Shown one piece after another: positions 18,213-26,346 of a stretch of DNA of 64,000 nucleotides. The stretch lies in NCBI GenBank assembly GCA_902570155.1, contig CACFXU010000006.1:7215-71214 (forward strand), written 5' to 3'. A program made the translations under genes and the position numbers. Position 1 is the stretch's first letter; the number at the start of each line of letters is the position of its first letter. Source of the DNA: an uncultured Alphaproteobacteria bacterium. Its GTDB lineage: Bacteria > Pseudomonadota > Alphaproteobacteria > HIMB59 > GCA-002718135. A model generated the notes under the pieces. That model searched no databases. It saw only the letters and a list, made by a program, of their open reading frames with translations, and was not told the DNA's origin.

Positions 18213-18671
18213 ATGCACAAAATTATATTGTTTAGTTTGTTTATTTTATTATCAAAAAATGTTTATGGAGAAATGATAAAACCAGACCCTTCAATTGGCC
18301 CTAAAGAAGTTATTTCAATTCAATTAAAAGCACTACAAAAAAATAATTTACCTTTTGACGATGCTGGTATTGAACAAACTTGGGAATTTGCACATCCAAA
18401 TAATAGAATGTACACAGGTCCTCTAGACAATTTTATTAGGATGATTAAAAATCCATCTTACGCAATGATGATTGATCACTTAGAACACAATATAATTCCT
18501 GTTAAGGAACAAGAAAAAAGTTCATATTACTTTGTAGAGCTTACAGATAGTAATGGAAAAAAATTTGGTTTCGAATGGACAGTAGAAAAAGTAGAGCAAA
18601 ACGGTGTGTTTAAAGATTGCTGGATGACTGTCGGTGTTTCTAGACCAATGCCTTTATCACAAGCATCATAG
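18213..18671 (+). CDS. Secreted hypothetical protein, DUF4864-like
   Basis: 152 aa with an N-terminal signal peptide. IQLKALQKNN...AFEFAHPNN... resembles my recollection of DUF4864. Confidence 0.5.
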   Translation: MHKIILFSLFILLSKNVYGEMIKPDPSIGPKEVISIQLKALQKNNLPFDDAGIEQTWEFAHPNNRMYTGPLDNFIRMIKNPSYAMMIDHLEHNIIPVKEQEKSSYYFVELTDSNGKKFGFEWTVEKVEQNGVFKDCWMTVGVSRPMPLSQAS

Positions 18672-19327
18672 TGTGCGGAAGATTTACAAGCACTGAAGAT
18701 AAAGAAAAAATTACAAAACTATTTCCTAACTCAGAAGTTTTAAATTACGCACATAAGTCTTACAATATATCACCTTCTAATATCGTTAATATTATTTATG
18801 AAAATAATCATAAACTTTTAATAGATACTTTTATTTGGAGTTATAGTTTTTTTAGTAAACAAAATAATGTTACTCAATTTGTTATTAATGCAAGAATTGA
18901 AACGATTAATGATAAATATTTATTTAAAGAATCATTTACTAAAAGAAAATGTCTTATTATTGCAAATGGATATTATGAATGGAAAAATATAAATAATCAA
19001 AAACAACCCTATTTAATATCAATTCCTAGAAATGAATTATTATTTTTTGGTGGAATTTGGAGGGAAGAAGTAAGAGATAATAAAAAAATGAATGTTTTCT
19101 GTATCATTACTAAGGAGGCCAATGAAAATCTTTCCCATATACATAATAGAATGCCTCTTATTATGTCTCATAATGAGGGTCTTGATTTTCTTAATGATAA
19201 TGAAAATGAATTTCTACATAAAAACAAAAGTGTTATCGAGGATGATTTAGACTTTTATCCAGTATCAAAAATTGTAAATAATCCAAAAAATAATGATGAA
19301 AATTGCCTTAAAGAAATATCTTTATAA
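18671..19327 (+). CDS. SOS-response-associated peptidase (SRAP/YedK, abasic-site processing protein)
   Basis: Begins MCGRF. The catalytic Cys must be residue 2, which fixes the GTG start at 18671. YYEW and HNRMP motifs are present. Confidence 0.85.
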   Translation: MCGRFTSTEDKEKITKLFPNSEVLNYAHKSYNISPSNIVNIIYENNHKLLIDTFIWSYSFFSKQNNVTQFVINARIETINDKYLFKESFTKRKCLIIANGYYEWKNINNQKQPYLISIPRNELLFFGGIWREEVRDNKKMNVFCIITKEANENLSHIHNRMPLIMSHNEGLDFLNDNENEFLHKNKSVIEDDLDFYPVSKIVNNPKNNDENCLKEISL

Positions 19328-19383
19328 TATTTAAATTTTTTTATCGCTTTTATAATATTAATCAAATATATAATTTTTTTTTA

Positions 19384-20322
19384 ATGAGCCATTTATTTTA
19401 TAAACCTGCAAAATCTAGATTACACAGAAGTGAATTGGCAGTTCCAGGCTCTAATACAAAGATGTTTGAAAAAGCATTAAAATCAAATGCCGATTATATT
19501 TTTTTAGATTTAGAAGATGCAGTATCTCCAAATGATAAAATTGATGCAAGAAAAAATGTTATAAATGCAATAAAAGAATACAATTGGAGAGAAGAAGGTA
19601 AAACAATCTCTATAAGAATTAACGGCTTGGATACACACTATATGTATCGTGATGTGATTGAAATTATAGAAGAGGTCGGTGATAAGATTGATACATTATT
19701 AATTCCAAAAGTAGGCTCATCATCTGATGTATATATGGTTGATTGTATGCTCAATCAAATTGAACAAAATAAAAAATTTAAAAATAGAATAGGTTTAGAA
19801 TGTTTAATTGAAACAGCACTAGGAATGTCTAACATCCAATCAATTGCAACATCAAGTTCTAGACTAGAAGCATTACACTTTGGAGTTGCAGATTATGCTG
19901 CAAGTATGCGAGCAAGAACTGTTGTCATAGGAGGTTTAAATCCTGATTATCCTGGTGATCAATGGCATCATGGCTTATCAACTTTAGTAATGACTTGTAG
20001 ATCATATGGCTTAAGAGCAATAGACGGACCTTTTGGAGACTTTAATGACAAACAAGGATATCTTGATGCAGCAAAAAGAGCGGCAGCAATTGGTTTTGAG
20101 GGTAAATGGGCAATACATCCATCGCAAATAGATTTAGCTAATGAAGTTTTTTCTCCGCCCAAAGCAGAAATAGATAAAGCAAAAAGAATATTATTAGAAT
20201 TAGAAAAAGCAGCTGCTGAAGGAAAGGGTGCTGCTCAGCTTGATGGAAGAATGATCGATGCTGCATCTGCAAGAATGGCTGAAAATATTGTAAATATTAA
20301 TAAGTTAATTGAAAGTAAGTAA
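19384..20322 (+). CDS. mcl: L-malyl-CoA/beta-methylmalyl-CoA lyase (HpcH/HpaI-CitE family)
   Basis: 312 aa. LDLEDAVSP, SIRINGLDT, IDGPFGDFND and GKWAIHPSQ match remembered Mcl1 sequences. Confidence 0.85.
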   Translation: MSHLFYKPAKSRLHRSELAVPGSNTKMFEKALKSNADYIFLDLEDAVSPNDKIDARKNVINAIKEYNWREEGKTISIRINGLDTHYMYRDVIEIIEEVGDKIDTLLIPKVGSSSDVYMVDCMLNQIEQNKKFKNRIGLECLIETALGMSNIQSIATSSSRLEALHFGVADYAASMRARTVVIGGLNPDYPGDQWHHGLSTLVMTCRSYGLRAIDGPFGDFNDKQGYLDAAKRAAAIGFEGKWAIHPSQIDLANEVFSPPKAEIDKAKRILLELEKAAAEGKGAAQLDGRMIDAASARMAENIVNINKLIESK

Positions 20323-21482
20323 TGGATATACACGAATATCAAGCAAAAAAAATATTGTCAGATTTTGGTGTTAAAATTCCCACTGGCGGTATTGTTTATA
20401 GTCCAGAAAATGCAGAAAATAAAGCTAGAGAAATTGGTGGTTCTAAATGGGTTGTAAAAGCGCAAGTTCACTCTGGTGCTAGAGGTAAAGCAGGAGGAAT
20501 TATAATATGTAATTCTCCGTTAGAAGTTGCCGATGCAACTGATAAATTGTTAGGTAAAAAATTAATTACAAAACAAACTGGTCCAGAGGGTAAGATAATA
20601 AATAGAATTTATATTGAAGAAGCAACTGATATCAAACATGAATTATATTTAGGTTTAGTGTTTGATAGATCTTCAGAAAGTATAATGGTTGTAGCCTCAA
20701 CAGAAGGTGGAATGAGTGTCGAAGAAATTTCAAAAGAAAAACCTGAAACAATTATACGATCTAAAATAGAAGTAGCAGTTGGTATTCAACAATTTCAAGC
20801 AAGAGAAATAGCTTTTGGTTTAGGAATTGAATCCAAATTGATCTCAAGAGCTGCAAATACAATTATTGGTTGTTATAAAGCTTTTAGTGAGCTTGATGCA
20901 ACAATGGTTGAAGTTAACCCATTAGTTGTATCACACCAAGATGAAATACTAGCATTAGATTGTAAAATGAGTTTTGATAATAATGCAATGTTTAGAAGAG
21001 ATGAAATTGCAGAACTTAGAGATAAAACACAAGAAAATATAAATGAAGTTTATGCTTCTGACAGAGGTATGAATTATGTAAGCTTAGATGGGAATATTGG
21101 TAATATTATTAATGGTGCAGGCTTAGCAATGGCTTCAATGGATATGATAAAACTTGCTGGTGGTGAACCTGCAAATTTTTTAGATGTTGGCGGAGGTGCA
21201 ACACCTGAAAAAATAGTTAAAGCTTTTAAATTAATATCGATGGACACAAAAGTTAAGGTAATATTAGTTAATATATTTGCGGGGATTAACAGATGTGATT
21301 GGGTTGCAGAAGGAATTGTTCAAGCTTTATCAAAAATTGACATTAAACATCCTTTAGTTATACGTTTAGCTGGAACTAACGTCGAAAAGGGAAATGAAAT
21401 ACTTAAAAAAAGCAATATAAATTACATTGAAGCATCAACTTTAGAAGATGCAGCAAATAAAGCAGTGAAGGCTCTTGGATAA
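20322..21482 (+). CDS. mtkA: Malate--CoA ligase (malate thiokinase) beta subunit; SucC paralogue
   Basis: 386 aa ATP-grasp. QQFQAREIAF, KMSFDNNAMFRR and NIFAGINRCDWVAEG (21270-21314) match my memory of MtkA rather than SucC (NIFGGIVRCD). Context directly after mcl. Confidence 0.8.
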   Translation: MDIHEYQAKKILSDFGVKIPTGGIVYSPENAENKAREIGGSKWVVKAQVHSGARGKAGGIIICNSPLEVADATDKLLGKKLITKQTGPEGKIINRIYIEEATDIKHELYLGLVFDRSSESIMVVASTEGGMSVEEISKEKPETIIRSKIEVAVGIQQFQAREIAFGLGIESKLISRAANTIIGCYKAFSELDATMVEVNPLVVSHQDEILALDCKMSFDNNAMFRRDEIAELRDKTQENINEVYASDRGMNYVSLDGNIGNIINGAGLAMASMDMIKLAGGEPANFLDVGGGATPEKIVKAFKLISMDTKVKVILVNIFAGINRCDWVAEGIVQALSKIDIKHPLVIRLAGTNVEKGNEILKKSNINYIEASTLEDAANKAVKALG

Positions 21483-21484
21483 TC

Positions 21485-22381
21485 ATGTCTATAATCATTC
21501 ACAAAAATACAAAGATTTTAGTCCAAGGTTTCACTGGAAAAATTGGAAGTTTTCATGCTGAAGAAATGATTAAGTATGGTTCTAACGTTGTTGGCGGGGT
21601 AACACCTGGTAAGGGTGGCATGACTCATTTAAATCTTCCTGTTTTTAATACTGTTAAAGAAGCTGTAGATCAAACTGGAGCATCAACATCAATTTTATTT
21701 GTCCCACCAGCCTTTGCAGCTGACTCAGCAATGGAAGCTGCTGATGCAGGTATTAAGACCTGTGTGGCTATTACTGACGGTATTCCATCTCATGATATGG
21801 TTAAAATAAAAAGATACATGAGAAGATATCCAAAAGATAAAAAAATGGGATTAGTAGGTCCAAATTGTGCAGGAATAATTAGTCCTGGTAAATCTATGTT
21901 AGGTATTATGCCTGGCCACATTTACAAAGAAGGTAAAATAGGAATAGTTAGTAGATCTGGCACTTTGGGATATGAAGCTGCACAACAACTTAAAGATTTG
22001 GAAATTGGTGTTTCAACAAGTGTGGGTATAGGAGGTGATCCAATAAATGGAAGTTCTTTTAGAGATATAATTGAAAAGTTTGAAAATGATGATGAAACTA
22101 TTGCAGTTTTAATGATAGGTGAAATAGGTGGCCCACAAGAAGTTGAAGCTGGACAATTTGCTAAAGAAAATATGAATAAACCAGTAATTGCGTATATAGC
22201 AGGACTAACTGCACCTAAAGGTCGTGTCATGGGGCATGCTGGCGCAATTGTTTCTGCTTATGGTGAAAGCGCAATAGAAAAAGTAGAACTTCTTAAAGAG
22301 TGTGGAGTTACAATTTCCAAAAACCCTTCTGTAATGGGTGAAACTGTAAAAAAAGTATTAGTAGAAAATAATTTGAATTAA
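21485..22381 (+). CDS. mtkB: Malate--CoA ligase alpha subunit; SucD paralogue
   Basis: 298 aa. CoA-binding GFTGK, SRSGTLGYE and the phospho-His loop GHAGA. Confidence 0.8.
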   Translation: MSIIIHKNTKILVQGFTGKIGSFHAEEMIKYGSNVVGGVTPGKGGMTHLNLPVFNTVKEAVDQTGASTSILFVPPAFAADSAMEAADAGIKTCVAITDGIPSHDMVKIKRYMRRYPKDKKMGLVGPNCAGIISPGKSMLGIMPGHIYKEGKIGIVSRSGTLGYEAAQQLKDLEIGVSTSVGIGGDPINGSSFRDIIEKFENDDETIAVLMIGEIGGPQEVEAGQFAKENMNKPVIAYIAGLTAPKGRVMGHAGAIVSAYGESAIEKVELLKECGVTISKNPSVMGETVKKVLVENNLN

Positions 22382-22396
22382 TATAATTAAAAAATA

Positions 22397-22534
22397 ATGA
22401 AATTTTTATATAAAAATGAATTCTGGATGTTAATATTTTCTCTAGGTGTTCTTTATTGGTTATTTAATCCATCAGTCTTAACAACTTTAGTTATGATTGT
22501 GCCATTGCTATTGGCCGTTTCTTCCCGTAAATAA
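22397..22534 (+). CDS. Possible 45-aa small membrane protein (not in the supplied ORF track)
   Basis: ATG 22397 to TAA 22534 translates to MKFLYKNEFWMLIFSLGVLYWLFNPSVLTTLVMIVPLLLAVSSRK, with two hydrophobic segments. It fills an otherwise unusual 208-nt gap. Confidence 0.3.
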   Translation: MKFLYKNEFWMLIFSLGVLYWLFNPSVLTTLVMIVPLLLAVSSRK

Positions 22535-22589
22535 AGCTAAGTTTTATACTTACTGATGCAATAACGTTTATCGTATTTATAGTAAAAAA

Positions 22590-23153
22590 ATGAAATTATA
22601 TCTTATTAGACATGCAGAGTCAGAAGCCAATGCAGCATCAGATTTAGATAATCCAACTTATTATTATGATGCAAGAATTACTCAAAGAGGAATTGAGCAA
22701 GCAAAAAAATTAAATAATAGAATTAAAAATCTCAAATTTGATAATTATTTTTGTTCCCCCTTAACAAGAACATTGGAAACATTCTCTATTGTTTTTCCAT
22801 CTAATAAACCTGTAATTGAACCATTAATAAGAGAACATTTGTATCACTCATGTGATGTAGGAAGACAACCAAAAAAATTAAAAAAAGAATTTAATGATTT
22901 TGATTTTAATAATTTAAATGATTTTTGGTGGAATAATAACAAACCCATAAATGAAAAAAAAATTATACAAGAGTCTCACAATGATATTAAAATGAGATTA
23001 AGGTCTTTTCTGCTATCTATCAAAAAACTTAATTTACAAAAAATTGTATTGGTCAGTCATGGTACATTCTTAAGTCAAATAACTGAATATATGCTGGATA
23101 ACTGTGAGGTATATGATTGTGAGTACAACGAGGTATATGAAAAATTTTTTTAA
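22590..23153 (+). CDS. Histidine phosphatase family protein (phosphoglycerate mutase/CobC-like superfamily)
   Basis: 187 aa. LIRHAESEAN (the RHG-type motif), SPLTRTLET and VSHGTFL. Confidence 0.8.
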   Translation: MKLYLIRHAESEANAASDLDNPTYYYDARITQRGIEQAKKLNNRIKNLKFDNYFCSPLTRTLETFSIVFPSNKPVIEPLIREHLYHSCDVGRQPKKLKKEFNDFDFNNLNDFWWNNNKPINEKKIIQESHNDIKMRLRSFLLSIKKLNLQKIVLVSHGTFLSQITEYMLDNCEVYDCEYNEVYEKFF

Positions 23154-23176
23154 TTTAATTCTTAATAAATAAAAAT

Positions 23177-23944
23177 CTAAAACATCTCATTTATTATTTT
23201 ATTTAATTTTTGTGTTACTATATCAATTATTTTTTTTCCTATCTGTGCATTGGATTTTCTAGGATCTCCAATAATTCCACTTTTACTTAATTCTTTAGTT
23301 ACCCAAGCTTTCTTAATATTTTTCTCATAAGAAATGGTTTTAGATGATAAATAATCGGGAGATAATCTATGTTTTGAAATTTTAGATTGCCTAACTAGGT
23401 TTGGAAATAAATATAACATAATAGATGTTTCAAATTCTCCACCGTGATAACCAAAGTCTTTTTCTTTACTTGATATAATCCCTTTAAATTGATCAAATAA
23501 AAAATATGTGCCTTTTACTATGTTTATCTTAAATTCTGATTTTAATTCTTTAGCAATAATATCTATATGACTAATTTGTCCACCATGACTATTTAAAAGT
23601 AATATATTTTTAAATTTCAATTTACATACATTTTCTAAAATTGACAAAGAGTGAGATATAAATTCAAATGAATCAATACTTATAGTTCCATCAAAATCTG
23701 TATGTTCAGCAGCTGAACCAAAATATATTTCAGGCATAATTAAATATTTATTTGAATTATATTTTTTATTGAATTCTAATAATATTCCTTCAAGAATTTT
23801 TTTATCAGTATTTAATGGAAGGTGCGGACCATGTTGTTCTATTGATGAAAATGGGAAAATTAAAACTGTTTTTCTATTTATTTTTTTAATTTCACTTGTT
23901 GTTAATTCTTCCCAAAAGTTTGTTAGCATTTTTTTATTATACAT
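23177..23944 (-). CDS. Creatininase-fold amidohydrolase family protein
   Basis: 255 aa. SSIEQHGPHLPLNTD, NSHGGQ and GGEFETS motifs of the creatininase/ArfB/MftE family. Confidence 0.8.
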   Translation of the reverse strand: MYNKKMLTNFWEELTTSEIKKINRKTVLIFPFSSIEQHGPHLPLNTDKKILEGILLEFNKKYNSNKYLIMPEIYFGSAAEHTDFDGTISIDSFEFISHSLSILENVCKLKFKNILLLNSHGGQISHIDIIAKELKSEFKINIVKGTYFLFDQFKGIISSKEKDFGYHGGEFETSIMLYLFPNLVRQSKISKHRLSPDYLSSKTISYEKNIKKAWVTKELSKSGIIGDPRKSNAQIGKKIIDIVTQKLNKIINEMF

Positions 23945-23957
23945 TTATAAGTAAATT

Positions 23958-24917
23958 ATGAAATCTTATTCTTTATGGATTGATAAAAAAAAACAAGCTA
24001 AAATTTATCAAAAAAAACTTGTTTACAATAAAAACAACAAAACAGTTTTAGTTAAAACTATTTATTCAGGTATTAGCAAGGGAACTGAAAAATTAGTTTC
24101 ATCTAAAAACGTAAGTAAGGATCAATTTGAATTAATGAAAGCTCCATTTCAAGAGGGTTCTTTTAACTTACCTATAAAATACGGCTATATAAATGTTGGG
24201 AATATTATCGATGGCCCAAGGAAATATATAAATAAAAAAATATTTAGTCTTTATCCTCATCAAGATTTATATGAAATTTCTATTCAAAATTTAATTTTTC
24301 TACCAAAAGGAAATTTGAGAAAATATATTCTTACTGCAAATATGGAAACAGCAATTAATATCTTTTGGGACGCTCAATCTAAAAGTAATCACAAAATTCT
24401 AATTGTAGGGCTTGGCTCTGTAGGATTATTAACTGCATTTTTTTTTAAAATTAATGGATATAAAGATGTTTATGTTTTTGATAATAATAAAAATAAAAGA
24501 AAAATTGCTAATTATTTAGGATTAAATTTTATTGACATAAGAAAGATTGAGAAAATAGATGTAGCAATAAACACTACGGCTAATTATAAAGTTTTAAATG
24601 CTTTAATGGAAAAATTATCTATCGAAGGAAAAATAGTAGAAGCTAGTTGGTATGGTAAAAATAAAGGAGAAGTTTCCTTAGGCGGGTATTTTCATTCTAA
24701 AAGATTAAAAATAATTAGCTCACAGGTATCTAAAATACCAAAATACATGAAAAATAAATATGATTTTGAGCGGAGATTAAAATTAGCAATTAAATCTTTA
24801 AAAAATTCAAAATTAGAAAAATTAATTACTAGTGAAAGTAATTTTTTTGATTTAGAAAAAGATTACTATAAAATCCTTCAAAATAAGGATACAATAATGC
24901 ATCTAATTAAATATTAA
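23958..24917 (+). CDS. MDR-superfamily dehydrogenase-like protein lacking the catalytic-zinc cysteine
   Basis: 319 aa. GroES-like N-terminus with SGISKGTE where zinc ADHs have GICGSD. Rossmann motif IVGLGSVGLL. Confidence 0.6.
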   Translation: MKSYSLWIDKKKQAKIYQKKLVYNKNNKTVLVKTIYSGISKGTEKLVSSKNVSKDQFELMKAPFQEGSFNLPIKYGYINVGNIIDGPRKYINKKIFSLYPHQDLYEISIQNLIFLPKGNLRKYILTANMETAINIFWDAQSKSNHKILIVGLGSVGLLTAFFFKINGYKDVYVFDNNKNKRKIANYLGLNFIDIRKIEKIDVAINTTANYKVLNALMEKLSIEGKIVEASWYGKNKGEVSLGGYFHSKRLKIISSQVSKIPKYMKNKYDFERRLKLAIKSLKNSKLEKLITSESNFFDLEKDYYKILQNKDTIMHLIKY

Positions 24918-24919
24918 TT

Positions 24920-25318
24920 ATGTATTCTATAAAAGTAAGAGAAAATATTCTAATAGCTCATTCTTTACCTGGAGAAGTATTTGGACCAGCCCAAAATATG
25001 CATGGAGCTACATATTTAGTAGATGCAGAATTTTTCACTGATAAACTTAATAAATACAATATAATTATGGATTTAGGAATAGTGTCCACGACTTTAAAAG
25101 ATATTCTTAAAATATATAATTATCAAAATTTAGATGAAATTGGTGAATTTAAGGGTAAAATTACCTCAACAGAGTTTTTAGCAGAGGATATCTGCAATAA
25201 GATCTTGAATAGACTAAGAAATGAATTCTCTGAAGATTATAAATCTTTAAAAAAAATTAAAATAACCTTGCAAGAATCAAATGTTGCATGGGCATCATAT
25301 GAAAAAGAGGTTATCTAA
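24920..25318 (+). CDS. Divergent 6-pyruvoyl-tetrahydropterin synthase/QueD-fold (T-fold) protein
   Basis: 132 aa. IAHSL...MHGATYLVD aligns with the PTPS pattern A-H-x-L...H-G-H-x-Y, but the second His of HGH is Ala and no catalytic Cys is evident. Confidence 0.65.
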   Translation: MYSIKVRENILIAHSLPGEVFGPAQNMHGATYLVDAEFFTDKLNKYNIIMDLGIVSTTLKDILKIYNYQNLDEIGEFKGKITSTEFLAEDICNKILNRLRNEFSEDYKSLKKIKITLQESNVAWASYEKEVI

Positions 25319-26345
25319 AAATAAATCTGATATTTATTTTGTTTATCCAGGAAATATTAATGCAAAAACTGGAGGATATATTTATGAAAAAAATATCCTA
25401 GAATATGCAAAGATAAGAGATATAAATATTAGACCAATTGCTCTAAGTGAAAATTATCCTTTTCCTACAAATAACGATATAAAATATTTTCTAAAAATTT
25501 TAGATAAAATTGATTCTGACTCTCAAATTATCATAGATGGATTAGCTTTAGAAGGAATGTATTCAATTTTTAAAAAATTACTTACTTATAATGTCATTGC
25601 ACTGATACATCATCCTTTATATCTTGAATTTAAAAGTCATAGGTCAAAAAAATTCTTACGATTAGAAAAAGAAAATTTCAAAAAAATAAATAAATTTATT
25701 GTGACTTCTAAAAATACAAAAAATTTATTAATAAATGAATTTAAGGTACTAAATAATAAAATTTCTGTAGTTGAACCTGGTATAGAAAGACTTGCAAAAT
25801 ATAATTTTAAAAATAATAGTAAAATTCATTTTTTAACATGTGGAAGTATAATAAATAGAAAAAATTATCTTTTTTTATTAAAAGTTTTAAAGCCTTTAGA
25901 TAATTTTATATTAGAAATTGTTGGTGATACTACAAGAGATATAAGTTATTACAAAAAACTCAAAAAATTTATTTCTAAAAATTCAATGAACAGAAAAATA
26001 ATATTCCATGGTACTATTTCAGATACAAAATTAGCTAAATTATATTCTAAAACAGATTGTTACATTTCAGTAAGTAAATATGAAGGTTTTGGTATGTCTT
26101 TAGCAAATGCATTAATAATTAAAAAGCCAATTATAACCTTTTTTACTAATACCATCTTAAATACACTAGGAAAAAAGGGTGTTATTTATTTCAAAAAATT
26201 TGAAGTAAATGATCTTAGAAATATAATTATTAAAAATATATTAAATAAAAAAAATTTTAAAAAACTAAATATTGATATTCAAAAAAATAAAAGATATCTT
26301 CTTACTCCTCTAGAGTCAGCAAAGAAATTTGTTAAATTAATTTAA
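25299..26345 (+). CDS. Glycosyltransferase, group 1 (GT-B fold)
   Basis: C-terminal YEGFGMSLANALIIKKPII (the E-x7-E-type motif). The last available ATG (25299) still overlaps the upstream gene by 20 nt; the longer ORF starts at 25281. Confidence 0.7.
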   Translation: MKKRLSKNKSDIYFVYPGNINAKTGGYIYEKNILEYAKIRDINIRPIALSENYPFPTNNDIKYFLKILDKIDSDSQIIIDGLALEGMYSIFKKLLTYNVIALIHHPLYLEFKSHRSKKFLRLEKENFKKINKFIVTSKNTKNLLINEFKVLNNKISVVEPGIERLAKYNFKNNSKIHFLTCGSIINRKNYLFLLKVLKPLDNFILEIVGDTTRDISYYKKLKKFISKNSMNRKIIFHGTISDTKLAKLYSKTDCYISVSKYEGFGMSLANALIIKKPIITFFTNTILNTLGKKGVIYFKKFEVNDLRNIIIKNILNKKNFKKLNIDIQKNKRYLLTPLESAKKFVKLI

Positions 26346-26346
26346 T

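Noticed and set aside
19328-19383. A glycine or other riboswitch upstream of mcl, and similarly upstream of trpB2 at 367-464.
   Set aside because: The spacers are only 56 and 98 nt and almost pure A/T. They lack the GC-containing conserved cores (for example GGAGAG...CACCG) needed for the riboswitch classes I know.
20322-22381. Reading the two ligase genes as the housekeeping succinyl-CoA synthetase sucCD.
   Set aside because: They directly follow a malyl-CoA lyase rather than mdh or sucAB, and the beta-subunit loop reads FAGINRCDWVAEG, the malate thiokinase form as I remember it. This cannot be fully excluded without a phylogeny and a check for a second sucCD pair.
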